Origin: Candidatus Saccharimonadia bacterium
GTDB lineage: Bacteria > Patescibacteriota > Saccharimonadia > CAILAD01 > BJGX01
Length of the DNA: 58,224 nt
Assembly (NCBI GenBank): GCA_039738635.1
Contig: JBCLLN010000005.1
Coordinates: 1-58,224, forward strand
Direction: 5' to 3'
Within the stretch, counting starts at the first letter, position 1; each line of letters starts with the position of its first letter. Below the pieces are notes generated by a model. That model ran no database searches and was not told where the DNA came from. It worked only from the letters and a program-made list of their open reading frames with translations. Of the stretch, positions 1 to 7,128 are shown piece after piece. Both the position numbers and the translations under genes were made by a program.

Positions 1-366
1 GGAGATGACATTACTTCATTGCAAAACTTTGTCCAGTCATCACTGACGGCATACACAATGTACTTTAATAAAAAGTACAAAAGGGTAGGTCCATTATTCC
101 AAGGTGTGTTTAAAGCCTCAAAAATATCAAGCGACGCATATTTAATCCATATCAGCAGGTATATTCATCTTAATCCCAGACGGTATAAGGCATATTACTA
201 TTCAAGCTTGCAATATTATGTATCAAAAGAATCGCCAGCTTGGCTAAAGCCTCAAAAGATAATATCATTGTTTACATCTCCCAAAGAATACATGAAGTTT
301 ATTGAAAAGTATGACGATACGACAATAACTCATGACGACTTCGAACCAGAACTTGCGAACAAATAA
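1..366 (+). CDS. Y1 tyrosine transposase (IS200/RAYT-like), copy A, 5' end cut by window edge
   Basis: nt 1-366 align gap-free with 1925-2290 (offset 1924). The translated tail differs from copy B at 3 residues, with the same TAA stop. Confidence 0.8.
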   Translation, partial: GDDITSLQNFVQSSLTAYTMYFNKKYKRVGPLFQGVFKASKISSDAYLIHISRYIHLNPRRYKAYYYSSLQYYVSKESPAWLKPQKIISLFTSPKEYMKFIEKYDDTTITHDDFEPELANK

Positions 367-371
367 CATTT

Positions 372-415
372 CATATGACACGAATCATCAGATGTAAAGG
401 TGAGACCTTATATTC
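372..415 (+). repeat. REP-like right-end sequence of transposase copy A
   Basis: catatgacacgaatcatcagatgtaaaggtgagaccttatatt also occurs at 2296-2338 and 4752-4797, and inverted at 1610-1651. Confidence 0.8.
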
Positions 416-492
416 CTTACTAAACCTCAATATTATGTGACACATTGAAGTAAGTAGAATGGGGCTTAGTATACAGGTGCTCCATAAAACTA

Positions 493-520
493 TTGACATT
501 TTATGTAATTGTAGTATAAT
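493..520 (+). promoter_or_regulatory. near-consensus sigma70-type promoter at the low-GC/high-GC junction
   Basis: TTGACA (493-498), 16-nt spacer, TATAAT (515-520), about 70 nt upstream of the 592 ATG. Confidence 0.55.
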
Positions 521-591
521 TACACGGTTATCACCAGATACCCCGTTTGCGCGACGGACTCGCGTTGCACCCTACATAAGGAGACCACCCG

Positions 592-1464
592 ATGAAACGG
601 CTTGTTAGCCTGATCATGGTGCTTGGCCTCGCGGTCGGCATCGTTCTTGTCACCAACATCAAGAAGGTTGAAGCGTGGATGACCTCGGCTATGGCCGATG
701 TCCGCTGCGCGGACAACCAAGTTCAGCTGTTCGGAACGTTTCTCAATGATGAGCCGGCAGTCCCAGCTGGTGCGATCAATGTCACGATTCGTGACACCGT
801 TACCGGCAATGCCGTCCAACTGACGGTCGCCGGCCAGACAACATCACCGTGGCAGATCAACACTGGTTTGCTAACCACAGCCGGGTCGGAAGTTACAGTC
901 GAGCAGCATTGGGCTGACGGAAGAGAGGATATCCATTCTTTCACCGTTCCCTACGGCGCGCTCGATTGCACTCCACCACCGCCCAAGCCGATGGGTGCAA
1001 CCAGTGCTACCCAGCGTTGCGACGCAACCACCGGCACCTACATCGGGGATGTGACACTCGAGAACCCCGGCGAGATGGACTTCACCGTCCAGTCATCGTC
1101 GGATTTCCCGAGCACAACTCCCTGGTTGGCACGATCAGGCACGGCCGAGCGCAAGAGCTTCGTCATCCCAGGCAATGTGTCACGGTCGAGCTACCAGCTC
1201 GTTGGTGTCACACCTGAGGGCGAAACGATCATATTGCGAGGGGACATTACTCCAGTTATGAACGGCGAATGCTTGTTCGTACCTGGCGAAGGTCTTCCTC
1301 CTGCCAACCCGATCAGCACACCACCTTCGGCACCTCCGGAGCTGGCGTACACCGGGTCAACGTCGGCACTGCTGGCCATGCTGGGCACCCTTGCCCTTCT
1401 GGTCGGTGGTATCTGCATTTGCAAGACGCGTCAGCGTCTCACGGAATCTACGCTCTTGAACTAG
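592..1464 (+). CDS. secreted cell-wall-anchored surface protein with LAxTG-type sorting signal (high-GC, foreign)
   Basis: aaggag RBS 8 nt upstream; N-terminal hydrophobic signal-like segment; C-terminal LAYTG + hydrophobic stretch + KTRQR. Line 1021-1080 counts 63% G+C. Confidence 0.75.
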   Translation: MKRLVSLIMVLGLAVGIVLVTNIKKVEAWMTSAMADVRCADNQVQLFGTFLNDEPAVPAGAINVTIRDTVTGNAVQLTVAGQTTSPWQINTGLLTTAGSEVTVEQHWADGREDIHSFTVPYGALDCTPPPPKPMGATSATQRCDATTGTYIGDVTLENPGEMDFTVQSSSDFPSTTPWLARSGTAERKSFVIPGNVSRSSYQLVGVTPEGETIILRGDITPVMNGECLFVPGEGLPPANPISTPPSAPPELAYTGSTSALLAMLGTLALLVGGICICKTRQRLTESTLLN

Positions 1465-1472
1465 GGTCCACA

Positions 1473-1522
1473 CCGCGGTTTTGGGAGGGGAGCTTTACAG
1501 CTCCCCTCCGCCGCGGTTTTTT
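1473..1522 (+). terminator. GC-rich nested hairpin plus T6, intrinsic terminator of the LAxTG gene
   Basis: ccgcgg..ggaggggagc tttac agctcccctcc..ccgcgg followed by tttttt. Confidence 0.75.
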
Positions 1523-1609
1523 AATTGCCTTAATTATCTACTAGTAATTTAAGCTCCTAATAATCCTAATATCCTAATAAGTCCTATTAAGTAAGTATTC
1601 TTAATAAGT

Positions 1610-2356
1610 TCTTAATAAGGTCTCACCTTTACACCTGTAATATCGTGTCATCTGTAGTACACTAACAGTATGCCTGCTAGAAACACAGTTAAACACTATT
1701 CTTCCAATGCTTATTATCATATATATAATCGGGGTGTTGCAAAGCAATCAATCTTCCTTGACTCAGAGGACAAGAAGTACTTTCTGAAAATAGTAGCTCG
1801 TCATCTTGATCCGTCGAACACAGACCAACGCTATGATGGGGTAGTCTATAAAAAATACAATGCCAGTCTCGAGCTACTCAGCTACTGCCTAATGGGTAAT
1901 CACTTTCATATGCTGTTTTACATGGGAGATGACATTACTTCATTGCAAAACTTTGTCCAGTCATCACTGACGGCATACACAATGTACTTTAATAAAAAGT
2001 ACAAAAGGGTAGGTCCATTATTCCAAGGTGTGTTTAAAGCCTCAAAAATATCAAGCGACGCATATTTAATCCATATCAGCAGGTATATTCATCTTAATCC
2101 CAGACGGTATAAGGCATATTACTATTCAAGCTTGCAATATTATGTATCAAAAGAATCGCCAGCTTGGCTAAAGCCTCAAAAGATAATATCATTGTTTACA
2201 TCTCCCAAAGAATACATGAAGTTTATTGAAGAGTATGACGATACGACAATAACTCAAGACGACTTCGAACAAGAACTTGCGAACAAATAACATCTCATAT
2301 GACACGAATCATCAGATGTAAAGGTGAGACCTTATATAAAGGTGAGACCTTATATA
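1610..2356 (+). mobile_element. complete Y1-transposase element (copy B) bounded by REP-like inverted repeats
   Basis: Imperfect ~40-nt inverted repeats at 1610-1651 and 2296-2338. The right-end 18-mer aaggtgagaccttatata is tandemly duplicated (2321-2356). Confidence 0.7.
1670..2290 (+). CDS. Y1 tyrosine transposase, IS200/REP-associated (RAYT)-like
   Basis: 206 aa with YHIYNRG and CLMGNHFHMLF (HUH-type) motifs and a C-terminal YSS..Y region typical of the Y1_Tnp family. Confidence 0.8.
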   Translation: MPARNTVKHYSSNAYYHIYNRGVAKQSIFLDSEDKKYFLKIVARHLDPSNTDQRYDGVVYKKYNASLELLSYCLMGNHFHMLFYMGDDITSLQNFVQSSLTAYTMYFNKKYKRVGPLFQGVFKASKISSDAYLIHISRYIHLNPRRYKAYYYSSLQYYVSKESPAWLKPQKIISLFTSPKEYMKFIEEYDDTTITQDDFEQELANK

Positions 2357-2505
2357 CCCCATTAAAGTCTTCTCCGCTCATTCATGCTCGAAGCTAGCTT
2401 CTGTGCCTGATTTCGCATGCGCCGAACCTTTCGCTTCGCTTTACGGTTCGACACACACATTCATAGCCATAGGTCGCTGCTCGACTTTCGTCAAGCAACA
2501 ACCTA

Positions 2506-2580
2506 TGGCTGGGACGGAAGGGGTCGAACCTTCGATCTCCTGCTCCAGAGGCAGGCGCCTTACCACTTGGCTACGTCCCA
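2506..2580 (-). tRNA. tRNA-Gln(CUG)
   Basis: Hand-folded cloverleaf: acceptor tgggacg/cgtccca, anticodon loop cuCUGga, T-arm gaagg ttcgacc ccttc, encoded CCA. Confidence 0.85.
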
Positions 2581-2813
2581 TCGTTATAAACTAAGCTTTA
2601 ATTTACAAACTAATCATGGCTGATTAGTTTTGGCATTTTTCGCTTAGTTACTGTTCTCGACAAAATAAACAACTCGCCAACGCTTTTTCGGATTTTTTGT
2701 CACCAGATAAATCTCAAAAGACATGTGTATTTTAGCAAAAAAAGGCAATATTTTCTAGGCTTCCATATCCTATAAGGCCAGAGTCTAGTAATCGGTTATC
2801 AAGGCAAATTATT

Positions 2814-2822
2814 TGCTATAAT
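2814..2822 (+). promoter_or_regulatory. extended -10 (TGcTATAAT) 6 nt before the murI ATG, leaderless-type
   Basis: tgctataat + tattaa + ATG(2829). Confidence 0.5.
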
Positions 2823-2828
2823 TATTAA

Positions 2829-3623
2829 ATGAAAATTGGTATCTTTGATTCGGGCCTTGGCGGGCTAGTGATAACCCACGCTTTGGTCAAAAAACTTAGC
2901 CAGTATGACTTTGTATATTTAGGGGACACCGCTAGAGCTCCATATGGGAATAGAACCAAGGCTGACATATACCAATATACCCAACAAGGCCTAGAGTTTT
3001 TATTTAAGCAGGGCTGCAAGCTAGTAATTGTAGCTTGCAATACAGCTTCCGCCGACGCCCTGCGTGTAATCCAGCAAAGCTACCTGCCTAGCACCTGGCC
3101 GGACAGAAAAGCATTGGGTGTGTTGATACCTTCGGCAGAGGTAGCAGTCCAGAAAGGCCGTAGAATTGGAATTATTGCTACCACTGCTACCATTAAATCA
3201 ATGGCCTTTGATAGAGAGATTAAGAAGCTTTTAGTTAGCGCAGTGATATACCATAAAGCCACCCCGCTATTGGTGCCTAATATTGAAGCCGATGAAATGG
3301 ACATCGCAGAAGCGAATCTCAAAATATACCTTAAGCAGTTACTCAAAAATAATATTGATACACTAGTATTAGGCTGTACGCACTACCCATTATTAAAAGC
3401 CAGAGTGGCCCAAATTGTAGGGCCAGGTATTAATATTATCAGCCAAGACGATATTATTCCAAGCAAATTATCTAAATATTTATCTCACCACCCCGAAATA
3501 TCATCATGCTTAACTCAAAATAGCACAATCCAATACTTTGTTACTAAGCACACTCCCACTATTGCCTCTTTAGCAATTAAGCTCTTTGGCTCAAAGGTCA
3601 TGCTTAAAGAAGTTATTATCTAA
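2829..3623 (+). CDS. murI: glutamate racemase
   Basis: Motifs FDSGLGGL, ACNTASA, GCTHYPLL. Confidence 0.9.
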   Translation: MKIGIFDSGLGGLVITHALVKKLSQYDFVYLGDTARAPYGNRTKADIYQYTQQGLEFLFKQGCKLVIVACNTASADALRVIQQSYLPSTWPDRKALGVLIPSAEVAVQKGRRIGIIATTATIKSMAFDREIKKLLVSAVIYHKATPLLVPNIEADEMDIAEANLKIYLKQLLKNNIDTLVLGCTHYPLLKARVAQIVGPGINIISQDDIIPSKLSKYLSHHPEISSCLTQNSTIQYFVTKHTPTIASLAIKLFGSKVMLKEVII

Positions 3624-3698
3624 ACACTAGCTATAATAAGCAATAAGTAATATATACTAGTAGTAGCACCTTTTCAATCGAGCTACAAGGAGAGGACC

Positions 3699-4583
3699 AT
3701 GGGCGTATTAAGCAAAACGGCCAAGGGCCGTCTCATTCTATCCGATAAAATACCTCGTTCTCCAGACGAGAAGATTAATAAAAAAGCTTCAATACCTTTC
3801 ATTTTAGTGCATATATTGCCATTTCTGGCAATCTTTGCCGGTATTACATGGAAGGCAGTTGCGCTGGCATTTGTCCTCACTTGGGGCAGATCGTTTTTTA
3901 TTACTGCCGGGTATCACAGGTATTTTGCTCACCGAGCCTATAGCCTCAATAGATTCTGGCAATTCGTTATGGCAGTCGGTGGCACCACAGCAGCCCAAAA
4001 AGGCCCGTTGTGGTGGGCGGCACATCATCGCGATCACCATCGCTATGCTGATACAGCACTAGATATCCACTCACCCCTAAAAGGTTTTTGGTGGAGTCAC
4101 CTAGGCTGGATTCTTTGCGATAAGTATAACGATACTAAGTTTGATAGAATCCGAGATTATGCTAAATACCCAGAGTTGAGATTTGTAAATAAATATCAAT
4201 GGGTTAGCCCCTGGGTTCTTGGCATAGCTTGCTTTCTATATGCAGGCTTGCCTGGTTTGCTAATCGGGTTTTTTGGATCTACTGTACTGCTTTGGCATTC
4301 TACTTTTTTGGTTAACTCATTGGCCCATGTTTGGGGAAGTCGCCGTTACGACACCAATGACACAAGCCGTAATAATATAGTCATAGCCCTACTAACTATG
4401 GGAGAAGGGTGGCACAATAACCACCACCATTTTTCAGGATCGGCTCGCCAGGGTTTTTATTGGTGGGAAATAGATGTGACATATTATGTCCTATTCCTCG
4501 CTCAAAAGCTCCACATCGTTCATGATCTGCATATAGTGCCTAGGGCCAAAAGAGAGTCCTGGAGGGCTAAAGTAGATTATTAA
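3699..4583 (+). CDS. membrane acyl-CoA/acyl-lipid (delta-9-type) fatty acid desaturase
   Basis: Three histidine boxes (HRYFAHR, HHRDHHRYAD, HNNHHHF), TM segments, SD aaggagagg. Confidence 0.9.
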   Translation: MGVLSKTAKGRLILSDKIPRSPDEKINKKASIPFILVHILPFLAIFAGITWKAVALAFVLTWGRSFFITAGYHRYFAHRAYSLNRFWQFVMAVGGTTAAQKGPLWWAAHHRDHHRYADTALDIHSPLKGFWWSHLGWILCDKYNDTKFDRIRDYAKYPELRFVNKYQWVSPWVLGIACFLYAGLPGLLIGFFGSTVLLWHSTFLVNSLAHVWGSRRYDTNDTSRNNIVIALLTMGEGWHNNHHHFSGSARQGFYWWEIDVTYYVLFLAQKLHIVHDLHIVPRAKRESWRAKVDY

Positions 4584-4586
4584 AAA

Positions 4587-4612
4587 AGCCTCGGAAAATT
4601 TCCGGGGCTTTC
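4587..4612 (+). terminator. intrinsic terminator after the desaturase gene
   Basis: agcctcgg aaaattt ccggggct followed by ttct. Confidence 0.55.
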
Positions 4613-4677
4613 TATTGCCTGCTACTAGACTCGCAAAGTAATACAATCATTTTATCCTTTTTGCATATTATACAATA

Positions 4678-4698
4678 TTCCAGGGAGACACCCTGGAA
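4678..4698. repeat. 8-bp-stem hairpin repeat ttccaggg-agaca-ccctggaa, copy 1
   Basis: Same 21-mer with one wobble-compatible change at 6137-6157. Confidence 0.8.
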
Positions 4699-4722
4699 CC
4701 AACCCTGGAATACGATGGAAGC

Positions 4723-4797
4723 AACCAGAACTTGCGAACAGATAACATTTCATATGACACGAATCATCAGATGTAAAGGTGAGACCTTATATTCCTT
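4723..4797 (+). mobile_element. solo right-end remnant of the Y1-transposase element
   Basis: Matches the last ~24 nt of the transposase CDS plus the REP-like end (compare 343-415 and 2267-2338). No ORF is attached. Confidence 0.8.
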
Positions 4798-4948
4798 CTT
4801 ATATTCCTTATCTTATATTCCTTATATTCTTAGAATAGTAGAATTATGAGTGGATGGTTGAGATAACACTCCGCCCGCCCCGCGTCTTAATTAGCAAAAA
4901 GATAGCTTTTAGGTAGCCCGACGAATATGCGGGGCAATCTATTATTTA

Positions 4949-4957
4949 TGCTAAAAT
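4949..4957 (+). promoter_or_regulatory. extended -10 (TGcTAAAAT) 7 nt before ATG, leaderless-type
   Basis: tgctaaaat + aattgtt + ATG(4965). Confidence 0.45.
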
Positions 4958-4964
4958 AATTGTT

Positions 4965-5675
4965 ATGGATCGTAAAATTGATAGACCCCTAAAGCTAGTA
5001 TTGGTACGCCACGCCGAATCCACCCGCAATGAGGCCAAGAAAGATGCAAGCTTCTTTGCAGATGAGTTTTCGCGTAATAAGGTTAAGGGTATAGCCGACG
5101 AAGCTGTGCCTCTAACTGAGGCAGGCAAAGCGCAGGCTAGGATTACTGGTCAGGTTCTCAAGCAAAGCTTTGGGCAATTTGACTATATATATCATTCGGG
5201 CTATCAAAGGACCGTTCAAACCGTGGACGAGATGCTTAAAAACTACACCGAAAGCGAGCAAGCCAGAATTAATGTTCGGATGAGTACATTTATTAGAGAG
5301 CGAGATGCTGGCTATGCCTACGATATGACTGAGGCTGAAGCTAGGCAAAACTTCCCATATATGGAAGAGTACTGGAAGACTTTTGGTGGTTTCTTTGCAG
5401 TTCCCCCTGGTGGCGAGAGTATTGCCCAAGTTTGCCAGAGAGTTTATTCATTCCTAGACACAATTTTTAGAGACAGGGCCGGCCAAACGGTGCTAGTTGT
5501 AACTCACGCTGGAGCCATAAGAAGCTTTAGGTTTATTCTAGAAAAATGGAACTACAATCAAGCCCTTAAATTTACTACTAATCAAAGCCCCTTAAATTGT
5601 GGCGTAACTGTCTATGATTATAATAAAGCCCAGCATCATCTTGAGCTAAAAACTTACAATACTATTTATTATTAA
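4965..5675 (+). CDS. histidine phosphatase family protein (phosphoglycerate-mutase-like)
   Basis: N-terminal LVLVRHAES catalytic RHxE motif and a later VVTHAG motif. Confidence 0.8.
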   Translation: MDRKIDRPLKLVLVRHAESTRNEAKKDASFFADEFSRNKVKGIADEAVPLTEAGKAQARITGQVLKQSFGQFDYIYHSGYQRTVQTVDEMLKNYTESEQARINVRMSTFIRERDAGYAYDMTEAEARQNFPYMEEYWKTFGGFFAVPPGGESIAQVCQRVYSFLDTIFRDRAGQTVLVVTHAGAIRSFRFILEKWNYNQALKFTTNQSPLNCGVTVYDYNKAQHHLELKTYNTIYY

Positions 5676-5705
5676 TATTATATTATTTTATTTATTATTA
5701 TTTAT

Positions 5706-5732
5706 GTTACTTTTAAATACCCTAAAAGTAAC
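5706..5732. repeat. hairpin gttactttt-N9-aaaagtaac
   Basis: The same stem sequence (tactttt/aaaagta) recurs at 6083-6104, 15910-15931 and loosely at 15965-16012. Confidence 0.7.
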
Positions 5733-5811
5733 TTTAAAGGGTTTCCGACTGCTAAACAATACCTTCACAACCAAATAATATTCTTCTATCTGTTTTTTCA
5801 GAACAATTCCC

Positions 5812-6105
5812 TAAGGAATTGGTCCAGCCGAGCTGGACTTGGCTGAAAATAACCAGAAGCTAAAAGTATATTTGATTTTTCTGATTGCTTAGATAGTCGT
5901 AGGGCTACACTTAATATCCCACCCCGACATCGAACATCAGAAAATGAGTAGATGTTTTAAGCTCATTACTTAAGAAGCTGTATGAGCTTGATGCGATAGT
6001 AATAAAGCGAGTTCTTCATAAATAAGGAAGTAAAATATCTATGAATGCTTATAGATGTGAGCCTTAGGAGGGCAGTTTTATATTACTTTTGCTGTCAAAA
6101 GTAAT
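5812..6105. repeat. conserved ~300-nt ORF-free element, copy 1 (candidate structured RNA or non-autonomous mobile element)
   Basis: Aligns with 15622-15931. Perfectly conserved blocks of 39, 29, 33, 25 and 36 nt are separated by variable blocks. No ORF is conserved between copies. Confidence 0.7.
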
Positions 6106-6136
6106 AGCTAAATAATAAAATAATAATTATATTTTA

Positions 6137-6157
6137 TTCTAGGGAGACACCCTGGAA
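6137..6157. repeat. hairpin repeat ttctaggg-agaca-ccctggaa, copy 2
   Basis: Matches 4678-4698; lies immediately 3' of the glycosylase stop codon. Confidence 0.8.
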
Positions 6158-6159
6158 TA

Positions 6160-6795
6160 CTAGTTATTATCTAGAGATTGCCAGATGTACCAGCAGCTCA
6201 CCGATTCATAGGGATGCCATTTGTTTTCTTGTGCCAATTTTTGGGTGTCTTGTGGCGAGGGGAGAGCTTTTAGACCATAAAGTTTTTGTATGCCGTTTTT
6301 TATGCCCAAATCACCATGGGCAAGTACGTCTAACCGCCCCATAGCAAACATCAAAAACATGTGGGCTGTCCATTCGCCTATGCCCTTAACTGCTGTTAAC
6401 TCTGCAATAATTTCATCATTACTTAACGTGTTAAGTATATCTAGCTTAAGACTACCATTCTGTATGTGGCTGGCAAGATCACGCACGTATCTGGCTTTGG
6501 CATTACTGAGGCCAGCTGTTCTGAGCTCTTCTACCGATTTTTCTAAAATTTGTTTTGGCGTGGGAAAATCTGAACCAAACAAATCACAAAATTTACCACG
6601 AATACTACGTGCGGATTTTACGCTGAGCTGTTGGCTAATAATGCTTTCTACCAACTCTTGGAAATAGTTTTGGTGTGGCACGATTGTACATGCCGGGCTA
6701 TTAGCAATAACTTTTGCAAGCACGACATCATGCTTGCTCAGATGCTTGGAGGCCAACTGCAAATTGGTTTTTGATGCAATTAACACAGGTATCAA
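6160..6795 (-). CDS. DNA-3-methyladenine glycosylase II-like (HhH-GPD family)
   Basis: HhH motif LTAVKGIGEWTAHMFLMF followed by a conserved Asp region (HGDLGIKNG). Confidence 0.8.
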   Translation of the reverse strand: MIPVLIASKTNLQLASKHLSKHDVVLAKVIANSPACTIVPHQNYFQELVESIISQQLSVKSARSIRGKFCDLFGSDFPTPKQILEKSVEELRTAGLSNAKARYVRDLASHIQNGSLKLDILNTLSNDEIIAELTAVKGIGEWTAHMFLMFAMGRLDVLAHGDLGIKNGIQKLYGLKALPSPQDTQKLAQENKWHPYESVSCWYIWQSLDNN

Positions 6796-6797
6796 TA

Positions 6798-7061
6798 CTA
6801 TTTATTATTAGCCTTTGGTTTGTTAGTTTTAGCCCCCCTGATCTTATCTAGGGTTTTTTGTTTTACGGTATGATAGTGGTCCTTGGCTTTATTATGTATT
6901 TTTTGAGCCCAAACATATTCAGTGGCTAGTATTGCCAGCCCCATTATAATAAATACCAATCCGGGCCCTGGGGCAACAAGCATTATGATTCCACCAATTA
7001 GTACGACGAAGCCAGCTATGGTGATTATTATTTTTTTCGCACTTCGCTTGAAAGTTTCCAT
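6798..7061 (-). CDS. small PGPGW-motif membrane protein
   Basis: VAPGPGLVFIIMGLAILATEY with two TM segments. Start placed at METFKRS because the longer ORF runs through a terminator and -10 box. Confidence 0.6.
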   Translation of the reverse strand: METFKRSAKKIIITIAGFVVLIGGIIMLVAPGPGLVFIIMGLAILATEYVWAQKIHNKAKDHYHTVKQKTLDKIRGAKTNKPKANNK

Positions 7062-7068
7062 AAAAACT

Positions 7069-7077
7069 ATTTTACCA
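7069..7077 (-). promoter_or_regulatory. extended -10 (TGgTAAAAT) 7 nt before ATG 7061, leaderless-type
   Basis: Minus strand reads tatggtaaaat agttttt ATG. Confidence 0.45.
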
Positions 7078-7078
7078 T

Positions 7079-7109
7079 AAAAAAAGCCCGCCTGCAATCT
7101 GTAGGCGGG
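7079..7109 (-). terminator. intrinsic terminator (minus strand)
   Basis: Minus strand: cccgcct acagattgc aggcggg followed by c + T7, directly after the stop of ORF 7129-7485. Confidence 0.7.
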
Positions 7110-7128
7110 GTAAGTAGGGATAAGCTGG

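Noticed and set aside
520-1544. Multiple overlapping ORFs in other frames of the high-GC insert (520-819, 531-716, 723-944, 966-1217, 1191-1424, 1269-1544)
   Set aside because: High-GC DNA is poor in stop codons in all frames. Only 592-1464 has an RBS, a signal sequence, a sorting signal and a terminator.
2403-2623. ORFs 2403-2594 and 2417-2623; also 46421-46666, 46832-47071 and 51284-51481
   Set aside because: They overlap tRNA genes or the tRNA-derived tandem repeat and have no translation signals.
4661-4849. 62-aa ORF across the hairpin repeat and solo transposase end
   Set aside because: It is composed entirely of repeat and IS-remnant sequence. Part of it is the out-of-context tail of the transposase frame.
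5940-6090. Small ORFs inside the 300-nt conserved element (e.g. ATGAGTAG.. and ATGAATGCTTATAGATGTGAGCC..)
   Set aside because: The two copies give peptides of different length and different stops (9 vs 15 aa; 8 vs 20 aa). Conservation is therefore not protein-coding.
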